Translations under genes and position numbers: made by a program | The notes under the pieces: generated by a model | The model's database searches: none | What the model saw: the letters and a program-made list of their open reading frames with translations, nothing else | Told to the model about the DNA's origin: nothing | Part shown: positions 12,579 to 24,539 of the stretch, piece after piece | Layout of the letters: each line of letters opens with the position of its first letter | How positions within the stretch are numbered: the stretch's first letter is position 1 | Assembly (NCBI RefSeq): GCF_006345805.1 | Contig: NC_043013.1 | Coordinates: forward strand, 62,001 to 126,000 | Direction: 5' to 3' | DNA: 64,000 nt | Origin: Octopus sinensis | Lineage: Eukaryota

Positions 12579-15500
12579 ATGTCTGGAAAGCAACAAACAA
12601 AATTAACAGAATCAGAAAGATTCTAATGGAAATTTCATCGAAATTATAACACTCATCACGATGATTGACACACAATCCTCTATTTTAAAGGAAATAGAAA
12701 AACAGTCTACAGACGGAAAACTTGGAAATGAACACATAAACTCTGAAATTAAGAATTTAGCTGAAATGATACCAACAATTATAAAATCTACAAGAGAAAG
12801 CCTACCACAACCTTGGATGTCAGAAAGAAACGAAAGAAATCTGGAAAAAGAGGCACACCGAAAAAGAGAAGAGATACAGAAGACATGGAAAAAACTCCTT
12901 AACATAAGAAAACAAAACTTCTGGAAGGCATATAAATGCGAAAAATATGCTGAAATACATTCGAAATGGATATCTTTAGCGGCACCCATACTTCCTCGGA
13001 AGTACCTAATTAAAGAAATTGCAGGAGAACCAGAGGAAGAAACTAAACTTCGATGGGACCTTAGTTTGATAAAATTCAGGACCGACATCTCCATTACCAT
13101 GTCTAAACATCCCGCTACAAAGCCAAATACGAAGCTATCGATGATCAAATCAGAGATGAAATATCCAAACTAACGACCGGCAATATAGCAGAAAAAATGC
13201 GAGAACTATGGATCAGAGATATCTCAAAAGAAGAAAGCAGATCAAGAAAGTTTTGGCAGCGGGGAAACAATATTTCTCGACAAATATGCTACAAACTACG
13301 GTAAAGACAACAGAGCTCCGAGAAATAGCATTAAAAGTGGACAACCTCACCAACGCAACATACACCAGAACACGTGGCAACAACATGAACACCTGTTTCA
13401 CCACGAATCGAAGACGAACTACGGTAAGAACTCTTCCCATTTTGTATGCAAACACCCCAATGCACACACATGAACAAAAAGCACAAACAAAATAGATATT
13501 GTTTTGAACAGACCATTAGCAGTAGAAATAACAGGAGATCATTTTCAAGACCTCAACAGAGATTACCCACAAGAAACTGGACAAAAAACCGATCTAGATC
13601 TAGAAGTAAACCCAGATCATTTCTCCAGGTGGTTAAAAACAATGCTAACAAGAAATTGAAAAGTAGCATACATAATACCAAAAACAAGACAGAAAACATA
13701 ACGAAACCAAGTAAAGTACCACAACCAAAACGCAAAATTCATCAAGCAAACATCAACAGGAATATAAATCATAACCAGAAAAAAATCCATTTTTTTACGT
13801 CAGGACAACAAACACCGGAGAAAGAAAAAATCCAAGAGGAAACATACCCCAAACAACTGAACGTATAGATCCTAAAATAATAATTTATCAAAAAGAGATT
13901 TTGACAATGATGAAATCCAACTTTCTGCAAAAGGACTGAAATTCACACCTACACCAACAGCCAACCACCAAGAATTAAAGGAGGATATCCAAAAATTCTG
14001 TCGAAAATTACGACTTGTAGAATTCTTCGCTAACAAAAGTAATGAGATTGATGAATCCCTAGTAAGGAATAAATCAAATTTCACCCCACCAAAAGGAAGA
14101 AATAACTACCTTGACCAATACATTGATATCCTGTCTAAATTTCCCCTTAGACGCAATACCAATGTTAGGCCAAACATTAGCAAATCAGAGATGTCTGCAT
14201 GTAAACGTATACAAAACGATCAAACAATAATAATTAAACAAGCAGATAAAGGTGGTGCAATTGTTATTATGGATACCGAATACTATAAGGATTTGGTTGA
14301 AGACCAACTGAAGGATACAACCTTCTATTGTGAAATACCCGCAAATATAGACCACCACATCATGAAAAAGATCAACAACCTGATTTCAACACACCACAAC
14401 TCACTTACGGATAATGAAAAAGACTACATCACCAATTTTGAACCAAAACCCAGCAACTTCTACGGCTTACCAAAAATACACAAATCAAAAAACATTCAAC
14501 AGGCAGTAAAAGAACAAGAAAGTGAGTACATAAAATTATTACATCCAAAAGACCTAAAACTTAGACCTATTATAGCTGGTCCAGCATGCCCTACACACCG
14601 TCTAAGCAATTTTATTGACATTGTTTTGAAACCACTATGTACTTACATACCAAGTTTCATCAGGGATGACATCGACTTCCTGTCCCATCTTCCCAAAACA
14701 ACAGAAACAAATTCAGTTTTACTAAGTTTTGATTTGTGTGTGGTAAGCCTCTACACCAATATTCCACACGATTTAGGAATAAAGGCGATTAAATACTGGT
14801 TAGAAAAACATAGAGAAGTGATTCCCAGCAGATTCACAGTGCCTTTTATATTAGACACAGTCAAGCTTATTCTAGAAAATAACACATTCTTCTTCAATGG
14901 AAAGAATTACATCCAAATTAGAGGCACGGCGATGGGAACGAGGTTTGCTCCCGTTTACGCCAACTCTGTAATGGGATACTTAGAAGAACAACTCTACCAA
15001 GAGGTGGAGGTAAACTATGGCACTGGGTTTAGAAAGTATATTGAAAAGGCATGGAAGAGATACCTAGACGACTGTTTCATAATCTGGACAGAATCTCTAA
15101 ATACTCTGGAAGAGTTCAATATCCTCCTGAACAACCTACACCCATCTCTCCAATTTACAAAGGAGATGAGTAGTACCAAATTACCATTCCTGGATATAAT
15201 GGTAATTAAAAAAGACACCACCATCACCACAGATATATACTATAAACACACAGACACACATCAATACCTAAATTTTAAGTCGTGCCATCCACCACATACA
15301 AAACGTAACATCCCATACTGCCTAGCCAGAAGAATTTGTACTATTGTAGAAGATGCAAATATCAGGAACAAACGCCTAATAGAACTAAGAGAATTTTTGC
15401 TCAAACAAAAATACCCATCTCTACTTATAGAAAATGGCATACAGCGGGCTATAAAAATACCTATACAACAACTTAGGACAACCCAAGGAAGAGGAAAACA

Positions 15501-16095
15501 AGAACAAGTCATACCATTCATAGTGACACACAACCCATGTCACCAGAATATCTTCAACATTGCCAAAGCAAACCTACCAATCATTGCCCAAAGTAATGAA
15601 TTAAAAGACATAATCACGGATCGAGCTATGGTGCTTAGTAAAAGACAGCCTAAAAACTTGAAAACATTACTAACAAAGGCAAAATTTGACCTCAGCAACA
15701 AAGACCAAACATTCACGGTATCTAAATGCAATGATAGCCGATGTGGCACATGCCAATTCATACATACCGGTCAATATATAAACACAAAAACCGGGAAAAT
15801 ATTCACAAACGCGAATATGAACTGCAAAAGCAGAAATTTAATTTACTGCATCAAATGCCCAAATTGTGAAGAAATATATGTAGGTCAGACGGGAAACGCA
15901 CTATTAGAACGCTCACGTGTACACCGGCAACAGATTAGAGACCCAGAGGTCCGTCAGATACCTTTGAGTAACCACCTAGCAACATGTGGTCGGAAAATAT
16001 ATATAATATTTCCATTCTACAAATTACACAGCCCAAGTGAAATCGAGAGGAAAATCAGAGAAAAGAATTTTATTGATAAATTCGAACCAAGCTAA
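12579..16095 (+). CDS. PLE polyprotein copy 1: N-terminal domain, reverse transcriptase and GIY-YIG endonuclease; frameshifted upstream of 14191, open 14191-16095
   Basis: Motifs LxKGLKFTPTP, KQADKGG, YGLPKIHK, LRPIIAG, VSLYTNIP, GTAMGTRFAP, RYLDD (15061-15072), PFLD, KSCHP, CNDSRCGTC and NLIYCIKCPNCEEIYVGQT (15841-15885). Confidence 0.9.
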
Positions 16096-16275
16096 ATAAG
16101 CAATAATAATAATAATAATACTTAGAGGTATTACTTCCACTGCTACGACCATGACCACTAACAACAACAACAATACTAAAGGTGATCAAGACGAAGATAG
16201 CAGGAAAATTATCTTATTTAGGGTTAAAAGTTCTATTGCCATAACCATCACCACTAGCAACAATAATTAAGGTGC

Positions 16276-16790
16276 TGACAATGATGATGATGACAATTGA
16301 AATATAAAAATATAAAAATCTCTGACAAAGGATATTTACAACATTTCTAAAAATAACCCAACAATTGCTGCTTCGGCCAGGGTCAAGATACAGGACTCTT
16401 GACATGTCCAACAAAGCGTGACGCCTAAACCAATCAGCTCAACCAACCAATCAGCTTAAGTAATTGAGTGATACTACACACTGATTGGTCAGAATACAGT
16501 TTGCAAAACCTAGCACTCTGGAGCCTACCCAGCTGTATTTATAGCACAGAATCAATCATCTTGCTACAGTCAAAAATTGTGAAGCATGACTGTCAACACT
16601 ACTACATGAACCCGAAGATTGCAGAATTCAATGCATGAAAGTACTAGTTCAATCAGAATGAATATTTAACATTCTACTATTTCATTTTATTTTATTCAAT
16701 TATATATTATATCTTATAATATATCATTATAAGATTGTAAATAAAACGTGAAAATCAGACAAGGTTGGAATTCTTTTTATTAATATATTC
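16276..16790 (+). repeat. pLTR copy 2
   Basis: Near-identical to pLTR 1. It joins the 3' UTR of body 1 to the 5' end of body 2. Confidence 0.9.
16607..16651 (+). ncRNA. Minimal hammerhead, CCGAAGA core (pLTR 2)
   Basis: Identical 45-nt sequence to 12328-12372. Confidence 0.75.
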
Positions 16791-16854
16791 TTCTATACAC
16801 AATCACACACACCCATATATATATATTCTATATTCCTATTGTGTATATGCCAAC

Positions 16855-19800
16855 ATGTCTGGAAAGCAACAAACAAAATTAACAGAATCAGAAAGAATTC
16901 TAATGGAAATTTCATCGAAATTATCAACACTCATCACGATGATTGACACACAATCCTCTATTTTAAAGGAAATAGAAAAACAGTCTACAGACGGAAAACT
17001 TGGAAATGAACACATAAACTCTGAAATTAAGAATTTAGCTGAAATGATACCAACAATTATAAAATCTACAAGAGAAAGCCTACCACAACCTCCTTGGATG
17101 TCAGAAAGAAACGAAAGAAATCTGGAAAAAGAGGCACACCGAAAAAGAGAAGAGATACAGAAGACATGGAAAAAACTCCTTAACATAAGAAAACAAAACT
17201 TCTGGAAGGCATATAAATGCGAAAAATATGCTGAAATACATTCGAAATGGATATCTTTAGCGGCACCCATACTTCCTCGGAAGTACCTAATTAAAGAAAT
17301 TGCAGGAGAACCAGAGGAAGAAACTAAACTTCGATGGGACCTTAGTTTGATAAAATTCAGGACCGACATCTCCATTACCCTGTCTAACAATCCCGCTACA
17401 AAGCCAAATACGAAGCTATCGATGATCAAATCAGAGATGAAATATCCAAACTAACGACCGGCAATATAGCAGAAAAAATGCGAGAACTATGGATCAGAGA
17501 TATCTCAAAAGAAGAAGCAGATCAAGAAAGTTTTGGCAGCGGAAACAATTATTTCTCGACAAATATGCTACAAACTACGGTAAAGACAACAGAGCTCCGA
17601 GAAATAGCATTAAAAGTGGACAACCTCACCAACGCAACATACACCAGAACACGTGGCAACATGAACACCTGTTTCACCACGAATCGAAGACGAACTACGG
17701 TAAGAACTCTTCCCATTTGTATGCAAACACCCCAATGCACACAACATGAACAAAAAGCACAAACAAAATAGATATTGTTTTGAACAGACCATTAGCTAGC
17801 AGTAGAAATAACAGGAGATCATTTTCAAGACCTCAACAGAGATTACCCACAAGAAACTGGACACAAAAAACCGATCTAGATCTAGAAGTAAACCCAGATC
17901 ATTTCTCCAGGTGGTTAAAAACAATGCTAACAAGAAATTGAAAAAGTAGCATACATAATACCAAAAACAAGACAGAAAACATAACGAAACCAAGTAAAGT
18001 ACCACAACCAAAACGCAAAATTCATCAAGCAAACATCAACAGGAATATAAATCATAACCAGAAAAAAATCCATTTTTTATTTTTTCAGGACAACAAACAC
18101 CGGAGAAAGAAAAAATCCAAGAGGAAACATACCCCAAAAACTGAACGTATAGATCCTAAAATAATTAATTTATCAAAAAGAGATTTTGACAATGATGAAA
18201 TCCAACTTCTGTCAAAAGGACTGAAATTCACACCTACACCAACAGCCAACCACCAAGAATTAAAGGAGGATATCCAAAAATTCTGTCGAAAATTACGACT
18301 TGTAGAATTCTTCGCTAACAAAAGTAATGAGATTGATGAATCCCTAGTAAGGAATAAATCAAATTTCACCCCACCAAAAGGAAGAAATAACTACCTTGAC
18401 CAATACATTGATATCCTGTCTAAATTTCCCCTTAGACGCAATACCAATGTTAGGCCAAACATTAGCAAATCAGAGATGTCTGCATGTAAACGTATACAAA
18501 ACGATCAAACAATAATAATTAAACAAGCAGATAAAGGTGGTGCAATTGTTATTATGGATACCGAATACTATAAGGATTTGGTTGAAGACCAACTGAAGGA
18601 TACAACCTTCTATTGTGAAATACCCGCAAATATAGACCACCACATCATGAAAAAGATCAACAACCTGATTTCAACACACCACAACTCACTTACGGATAAT
18701 GAAAAAGACTACATCACCAATTTTGAACCAAAACCCAGCAACTTCTACGGCTTACCAAAAATACACAAATCAAAAAACATTCAACAGGCAGTAAAAGAAC
18801 AAGAAAGTGAGTACATAAAATTATTACATCCAAAAGACCTAAAACTTAGACCTATTATAGCTGGTCCAGCATGCCCTACACACCGTCTAAGCAATTTTAT
18901 TGACATTGTTTTGAAACCACTATGTACTTACATACCAAGTTTCATCAGGGATGACATCGACTTCCTGTCCCATCTTCCCAAAACAACAGAAACAAATTCA
19001 GTTTTACTAAGTTTTGATGTGGTAAGCCTCTACACCAATATTCCACACGATTTAGGAATAAAGGCGATTAAATACTGGTTAGAAAAACATAGAGAAGTGA
19101 TTCCCAGCAGATTCACAGTGCCTTTATATTAGACACAGTCAAGCTTATTCTAGAAAATAACACATTCTTCTTCAATGGAAAGAATTACATCCAAATTAGA
19201 GGCACGGCGATGGGAACGGTTTGCTCCCGTTTACGCCAACTCTGTAATGGGATACTTAGAAGAACAACTCTACCAAGAGGTGGAGGTAAACTATGGCACT
19301 GGGTTTAGAAAGTATATTGAAAAGGCATGGAAGAGATACCTAGACGACTGTTTCATAATCTGGACAGAATCTCTAAATACTCTGGAAGAGTTCAATATCC
19401 TCCTGAACAACCTACACCCATCTCTCCAATTTACAAAGGAGATGAGTAGTACCAAATTACCATTCCTGGATATAATGGTAATTAAAAAAGACACCACCAT
19501 CACCACAGATATATACTATAAACACACAGACACACATCAATACCTAAATTTTAAGTCGTGCCATCCACCACATACAAACGTAACATCCCATACTGCCTAG
19601 CCAGAAGAATTTGTACTATTGTAGAAGATGCAAATATCAGGAACAAACGCCTAATAGAACTAAGAGAATTTTGCTCAAACAAAAATACCCATCTCTACTT
19701 ATAGAAAATGGCATACAGCGGGCTATAAAAATACCTATACAACAACTTAGGACAACCCAAGGAAGAGGAAAACAAGAACAAGTCATACCATTCATAGTGA

Positions 19801-20381
19801 CACACAACCCATGTCACCAGAATATCTTCAACATTGCCAAAGCAAACCTACCAATCATTGCCCAAAGTAATGAATTAAAAGACATAATCACGGATCGAGC
19901 TATGGTGCTTAGTAAAAGACAGCCTAAAAACTTGAAAACATTACTAACAAAGGCAAAATTTGACCTCAGCAACAAAGACCAAACATTCACGGTATCTAAA
20001 TGCAATGATAGCCGATGTGGCACATGCCAATTCATACATACCGGTCAATATATAAACACAAAAACCGGGAAAATATTCACAAACGCGAATATGAACTGCA
20101 AAAAGCAGAAATTTAATTTACTGCATCAAATGCCCAAATTGTGAAGAAATATATGTAGGTCAGACGGGAAACGCACTATTAGAACGCTCACGTGTACACC
20201 GGCAACAGATTAGAGACCCAGAGGTCCGTCAGATACCTTTGAGTAACCACCTAGCAACATGTGGTCGGAAATATATATAATATTTCCATTCTACAAATTA
20301 CACAGCCCAAGTGAAATCGAGAGGAAAATCAGAGAAAAGAATTTTATTGATAAATTCGAACCCAAGCTAAATAAGCAATAA
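16855..20381 (+). CDS. PLE polyprotein copy 2 (MSGKQQ...FEPKLNKQ*), several single-base frameshifts
   Basis: Same motifs as copy 1, with the canonical FDVVSLYTN. At 18061-18180 the upstream basic region runs in frame through HFLFFQDNKHRRKKKSKRKHTPKTERIDPKIINLS into the RT N-terminus. Confidence 0.88.
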
Positions 20382-20546
20382 TAATAATAATAATTAGAGG
20401 TTTACTTCCACTGCTACGACCATGACCACTAACAACAACAACAATACTAAAGGTGATCAAGACGAAGATAGCAGGAAAATTATCTTATTTAGGGTTAAAA
20501 GTTCTATTGCCATAACCATCACCACTAGCAACAATAATTAAGGTGC

Positions 20547-21051
20547 TGACAATGATGATGATGACAATTGAAATATAAAAATATAAAATCTCTGACAAAG
20601 GATATTTACAACATTTCTAAAAATAACCCAACAATTGCTGCTTCGGCCAGGGTCAAGATACAGGACTCTGACATGTCCAACAAAGCGTGACGCCTAAACC
20701 AATCAGCTCAACAAACCAATCAGCTTAAGTAATTGAGTGATACTACACACTGATTGGTCAGAATACAGTTGCAAAACCTAGCACTCTGGAGCCTACCCAG
20801 CTGTATTTATAGCACAGAATCAATCATCTTGCTACAGTCAAAAATTGTGAAGCATGACTGTCAACACTACTACATGAACCCGAAGATTGCAGAATTCAAT
20901 GCATGAAAGTACTAGTTCAATCAGAATGAATATTTAACATTCTACTATTTCATTTTATTATTCAATTAATATATATTATCTTATAATATATCATATAAGA
21001 TTGTAAATAAAAACGTGAAATGAAAATCAGACAAGGTTGGAATTTTTTATT

Positions 21052-21058
<7 letters not shown>
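20547..21058 (+). repeat. pLTR copy 3 (3' end of the array)
   Basis: Matches pLTR 1 and 2 up to TTATTAATATAT, then merges into (TA)n. Confidence 0.9.
20875..20919 (+). ncRNA. Minimal hammerhead, CCGAAGA core (pLTR 3)
   Basis: Identical 45-nt sequence to the other two pLTR copies. Confidence 0.75.
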
Positions 21059-21085
<27 letters not shown>

Positions 21086-21225
21086 CATATATATACATAT
21101 ATATAATATATCATAGATATATATATATATATATGTTGTTATTATATTATATATTATATATATATATATATATTATATACTTATATATATAATATATACA
21201 TATATATATATAAAGTCGACCATGT

Positions 21226-21256
<31 letters not shown>

Positions 21257-21257
<1 letters not shown>

Positions 21258-22484
21258 AAGTCGACCATGGTATGATCTGTCACAAACTGCGTGGTCTCGG
21301 CATAGGCGGGAAACTGGAGAGTGGCTCACAACTTCCAAGACAGAAAACAGGCAGTTGTGAGCAATGGAGCCACCTCCAGGGAAATGCAAATAACAAGCGG
21401 TGTCCCACAGGGCACTGTCTGGGGCCACTGATGTTCATAGTGGCCCTTTCAGACATGCCTTCAGTTGCTACGATGCCACGATGACCACCCTTGCTAGCTA
21501 TGCAGATGCACAAAGGTCTCCCACACAATACAGACCCTGAAAATATTGCGCATCTGCAACATGAGCTGGACACAATATACAGGTGGGCTGAGGACAACAA
21601 CATGCTGTTTAAGCAGGTAGTTCCAGGCCCTGCGCTACTGGCACACAAAGGTAAATGACGTGAGACTGGATACACTGGCCCAGAAGAATTGCAATCCCTG
21701 AGTCAAAATCAGTGCGTGACCTGGGCATTGACATGAGCAATGATGCATCTTTCCAAATGCATATTGCTAATCTGGTGATAAAATGCAGACGGCTAGGGAT
21801 GGATTCTCCGAACTTTCAGAAACAGAGAGAAGGAGACACTGATGGTCCTATGGAAAACATTTGTCCTCAGCCGCTTGGACTACTGCTCCCAACTTTGGTC
21901 ACCACACAATATAAAACAAACAGCAGAACTCGAAGAACTCAGAGAAGCTACACAAAGAAAATCGTCTCAATGCAAAATGTCAGCTACTGGAAAGAATGAA
22001 GGATTAAACCTCTTCTCCCTGGAGCGGAGGCGGGAGAGATATGCAGTAATATCATCTGGAAAATCCTGGAGGGTCTTATCCCAAACTTTGGCATTCAAAG
22101 TTACTCCAACCGAAGAACGGGGCGCCGCTGCGTGGTGCCAAGGATTCCAACATCACCATCAAAATACAGGTCCAGATACTGCAACAGCTTGGGTTTCAGA
22201 GGACCACAGCTTTTCAACATCCTCCCTAAATGCCTGAGAGACTTACATGGTGTGGATGTGGGTTTCTTTAAAAACTAAACTGGATCTCTTCTTGTTGGGA
22301 GTCCCAGATGACCTACCTCACGACAGGAGACACGGATGCGGGCAGCAGCATCGAACTCCCTTGTTGATCAAGTGCCACGTATCAGAGGGGATTCACAAAC
22401 TAGTGTGGCTCATTCAGCGGTGGTGCCCCAGCATGGCCGCGGCCTTCGGGCTAAAACATTTTTAAGGATTTAAGGATTTAAGGA
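21257..22484 (+). mobile_element. 5'-truncated CR1/L2-group LINE (RT C-terminal half and 3' UTR), frameshifted
   Basis: KVDHGMICHKL, SGVPQG, GPLMFIVALSDMP, YAD.TK, DLGIDMS, RLDYCSQLWSP and LFSLERRRERY. It ends in a stem-loop and (TTTAAGGA)3. Confidence 0.85.
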
Positions 22485-22822
<338 letters not shown>

Positions 22823-24295
22823 ATCATCATTTAGCGTCCGTTTTTCCATGCTAGCATGGGTTGGACGGTTCAACTGGGGTCTGGGAAGCTAGAGGCGCAC
22901 CAGGCTCCAGTCTGATCTGCAGTGTTTCTACGGCTGGATGTGCCTTCCTAATGCCAACACTCCGTGAGTGTAGTGGATGCTTTTTACGTGCCACCCGCAC
23001 AGGTGCCAGACAGAGCTGGCAAACGGCCAAGAATGGATGGTGCTTTTACGTGCCACCAGCACGGGGGCCAGGCGACGCTGGCAACGGCCTAAAAACGTTT
23101 CTTCACTGATGCATTCTATTACCCAATTTCATTCATAGAAGATAATTTAAAAACAGAAAAAACTATATCACAAAAAGAGAACTTAAAAGTCTACAGGACA
23201 ACATGACTAAAACTATCACTACCTATAAAGGAAAGTAAGACAAGATATGATCACTGGTAACCTTTTATGATATTCATATATTTCAAGTAGCAAAGACACA
23301 ATTACAAATCTTTATTGTAACAACTAAATGTTCTCTGCAACTTCTGTTTTCAAAAGGGGGGAGCTTAAGTAGTACATCTTACACAACAGGATACCTTGTA
23401 ATAAAAGTGAATGATCAAAGATAAAACATGTCAACATGGTTCTCTGACTGGTTACCTCTGGGTCATGCTGCTCTATTTAAGTAGATGAAGGCCAGGTAAC
23501 TGCTCAATAACAACAGTCAACACACAGTTTAAAACAAGAACAAACAAAAAAGCCCACTATTTCATCACTACTAACTGACTGACGGAAAACAGTTTCTGCA
23601 GAAAAAAATAGTATTCTGGGCAGACATAGTGATGTGTCTGCTGGTGGTAATGGTGGTAGTAGTAGTGGTGGTGGTGGTGGTGGTGGTGGTGCCAATGGTT
23701 AGATAAAGAAACTGATAAAATATAAAAGCATCAGGATGGAGAGAAATGCAAAAAATCCAAACAAAAGTCTCTAATTCTTAAGCATCTTAAACAAGTGGTG
23801 ATTAGTACATTAGCATTGACGACACAAATTTCTACAAAAACACAAAACAATCTATAATAATTATCATGATCATGATGATGATGATGGCTTCAAATTTTGG
23901 CACAAAGCCAGCAAGTTCAGTATGTGGGCGGGGGGGTCAATTACATTGACTCCAGTGCTCAACAGGTACCTATTCTTTAGACCTGAAAAGGATGAAAGGC
24001 AAAGTTGACCTCAGCAGAATTTGAACTCAGGACATAAGGACAGGCAACAACAGCAGCAGCTAACTATTAAATACCTTGCTTCCTCCTGTCACTAGGAACT
24101 CAATGACAAGTCAACCAACTGCTACACCTTCAACTAGCAGCATCACAAGCAAAAGACAATGAACACAAAAAAAATACATATGGAAGCCAAGATCAGCAAA
24201 AGGAACATGGCCAGCAGCACGATGACTTCTGCGACAGCTGCAAAGTGCCACCCATCTTAGCGCTTCTTCTACAACTAAGTCCTCTGTCACCTTGG

Positions 24296-24332
<37 letters not shown>

Positions 24333-24539
24333 CAGTAACAAAGTCTACAGCAAAGCAGCTGCAAGAGCCAGCATCTCTGCAGAAACAATCAAGCAGCCTC
24401 TCTGGAAAAGAAGTTCAACTGAAGAGACACGTAAGGGCTTGTCCAAACAGACAACAGAAGGACTGTATGAGGTGCACCCGCAAAGCTTTTAGAGAAAAAC
24501 AACCAAGACAACAGCAACAATAAACAGCAGGTCAGTGAG

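Larger units (their letters stand above)
11999..21058 (+). mobile_element. Penelope-like retroelement in a head-to-tail array (pLTR-body-pLTR-body-pLTR), C-terminal GIY-YIG type, Neptune-like Cys-rich linker
   Basis: Repeat period is ~4.27 kb, with TGACAATGATGATGATGACAATTG starting at 11999, 16276 and 20547. RT and GIY-YIG are encoded in both bodies, and both flanks are (TA)n. Confidence 0.95.

Noticed and set aside
16836-17429. 197-aa antisense ORF over the PLE N-terminal region (178 aa in copy 1)
   Set aside because: It has no recognisable motif and its ends differ between copies. It is explainable as a shadow of the sense reading frame.
23597-23702. Possible plus-strand last exon (KNSILGRHSDVSAGGNGGSSSGGGGGGGGANG*) after TTTCTGCAG
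   Set aside because: Mostly a (GGT)n/(AGT)n microsatellite, with no upstream exons and no homology recognised.
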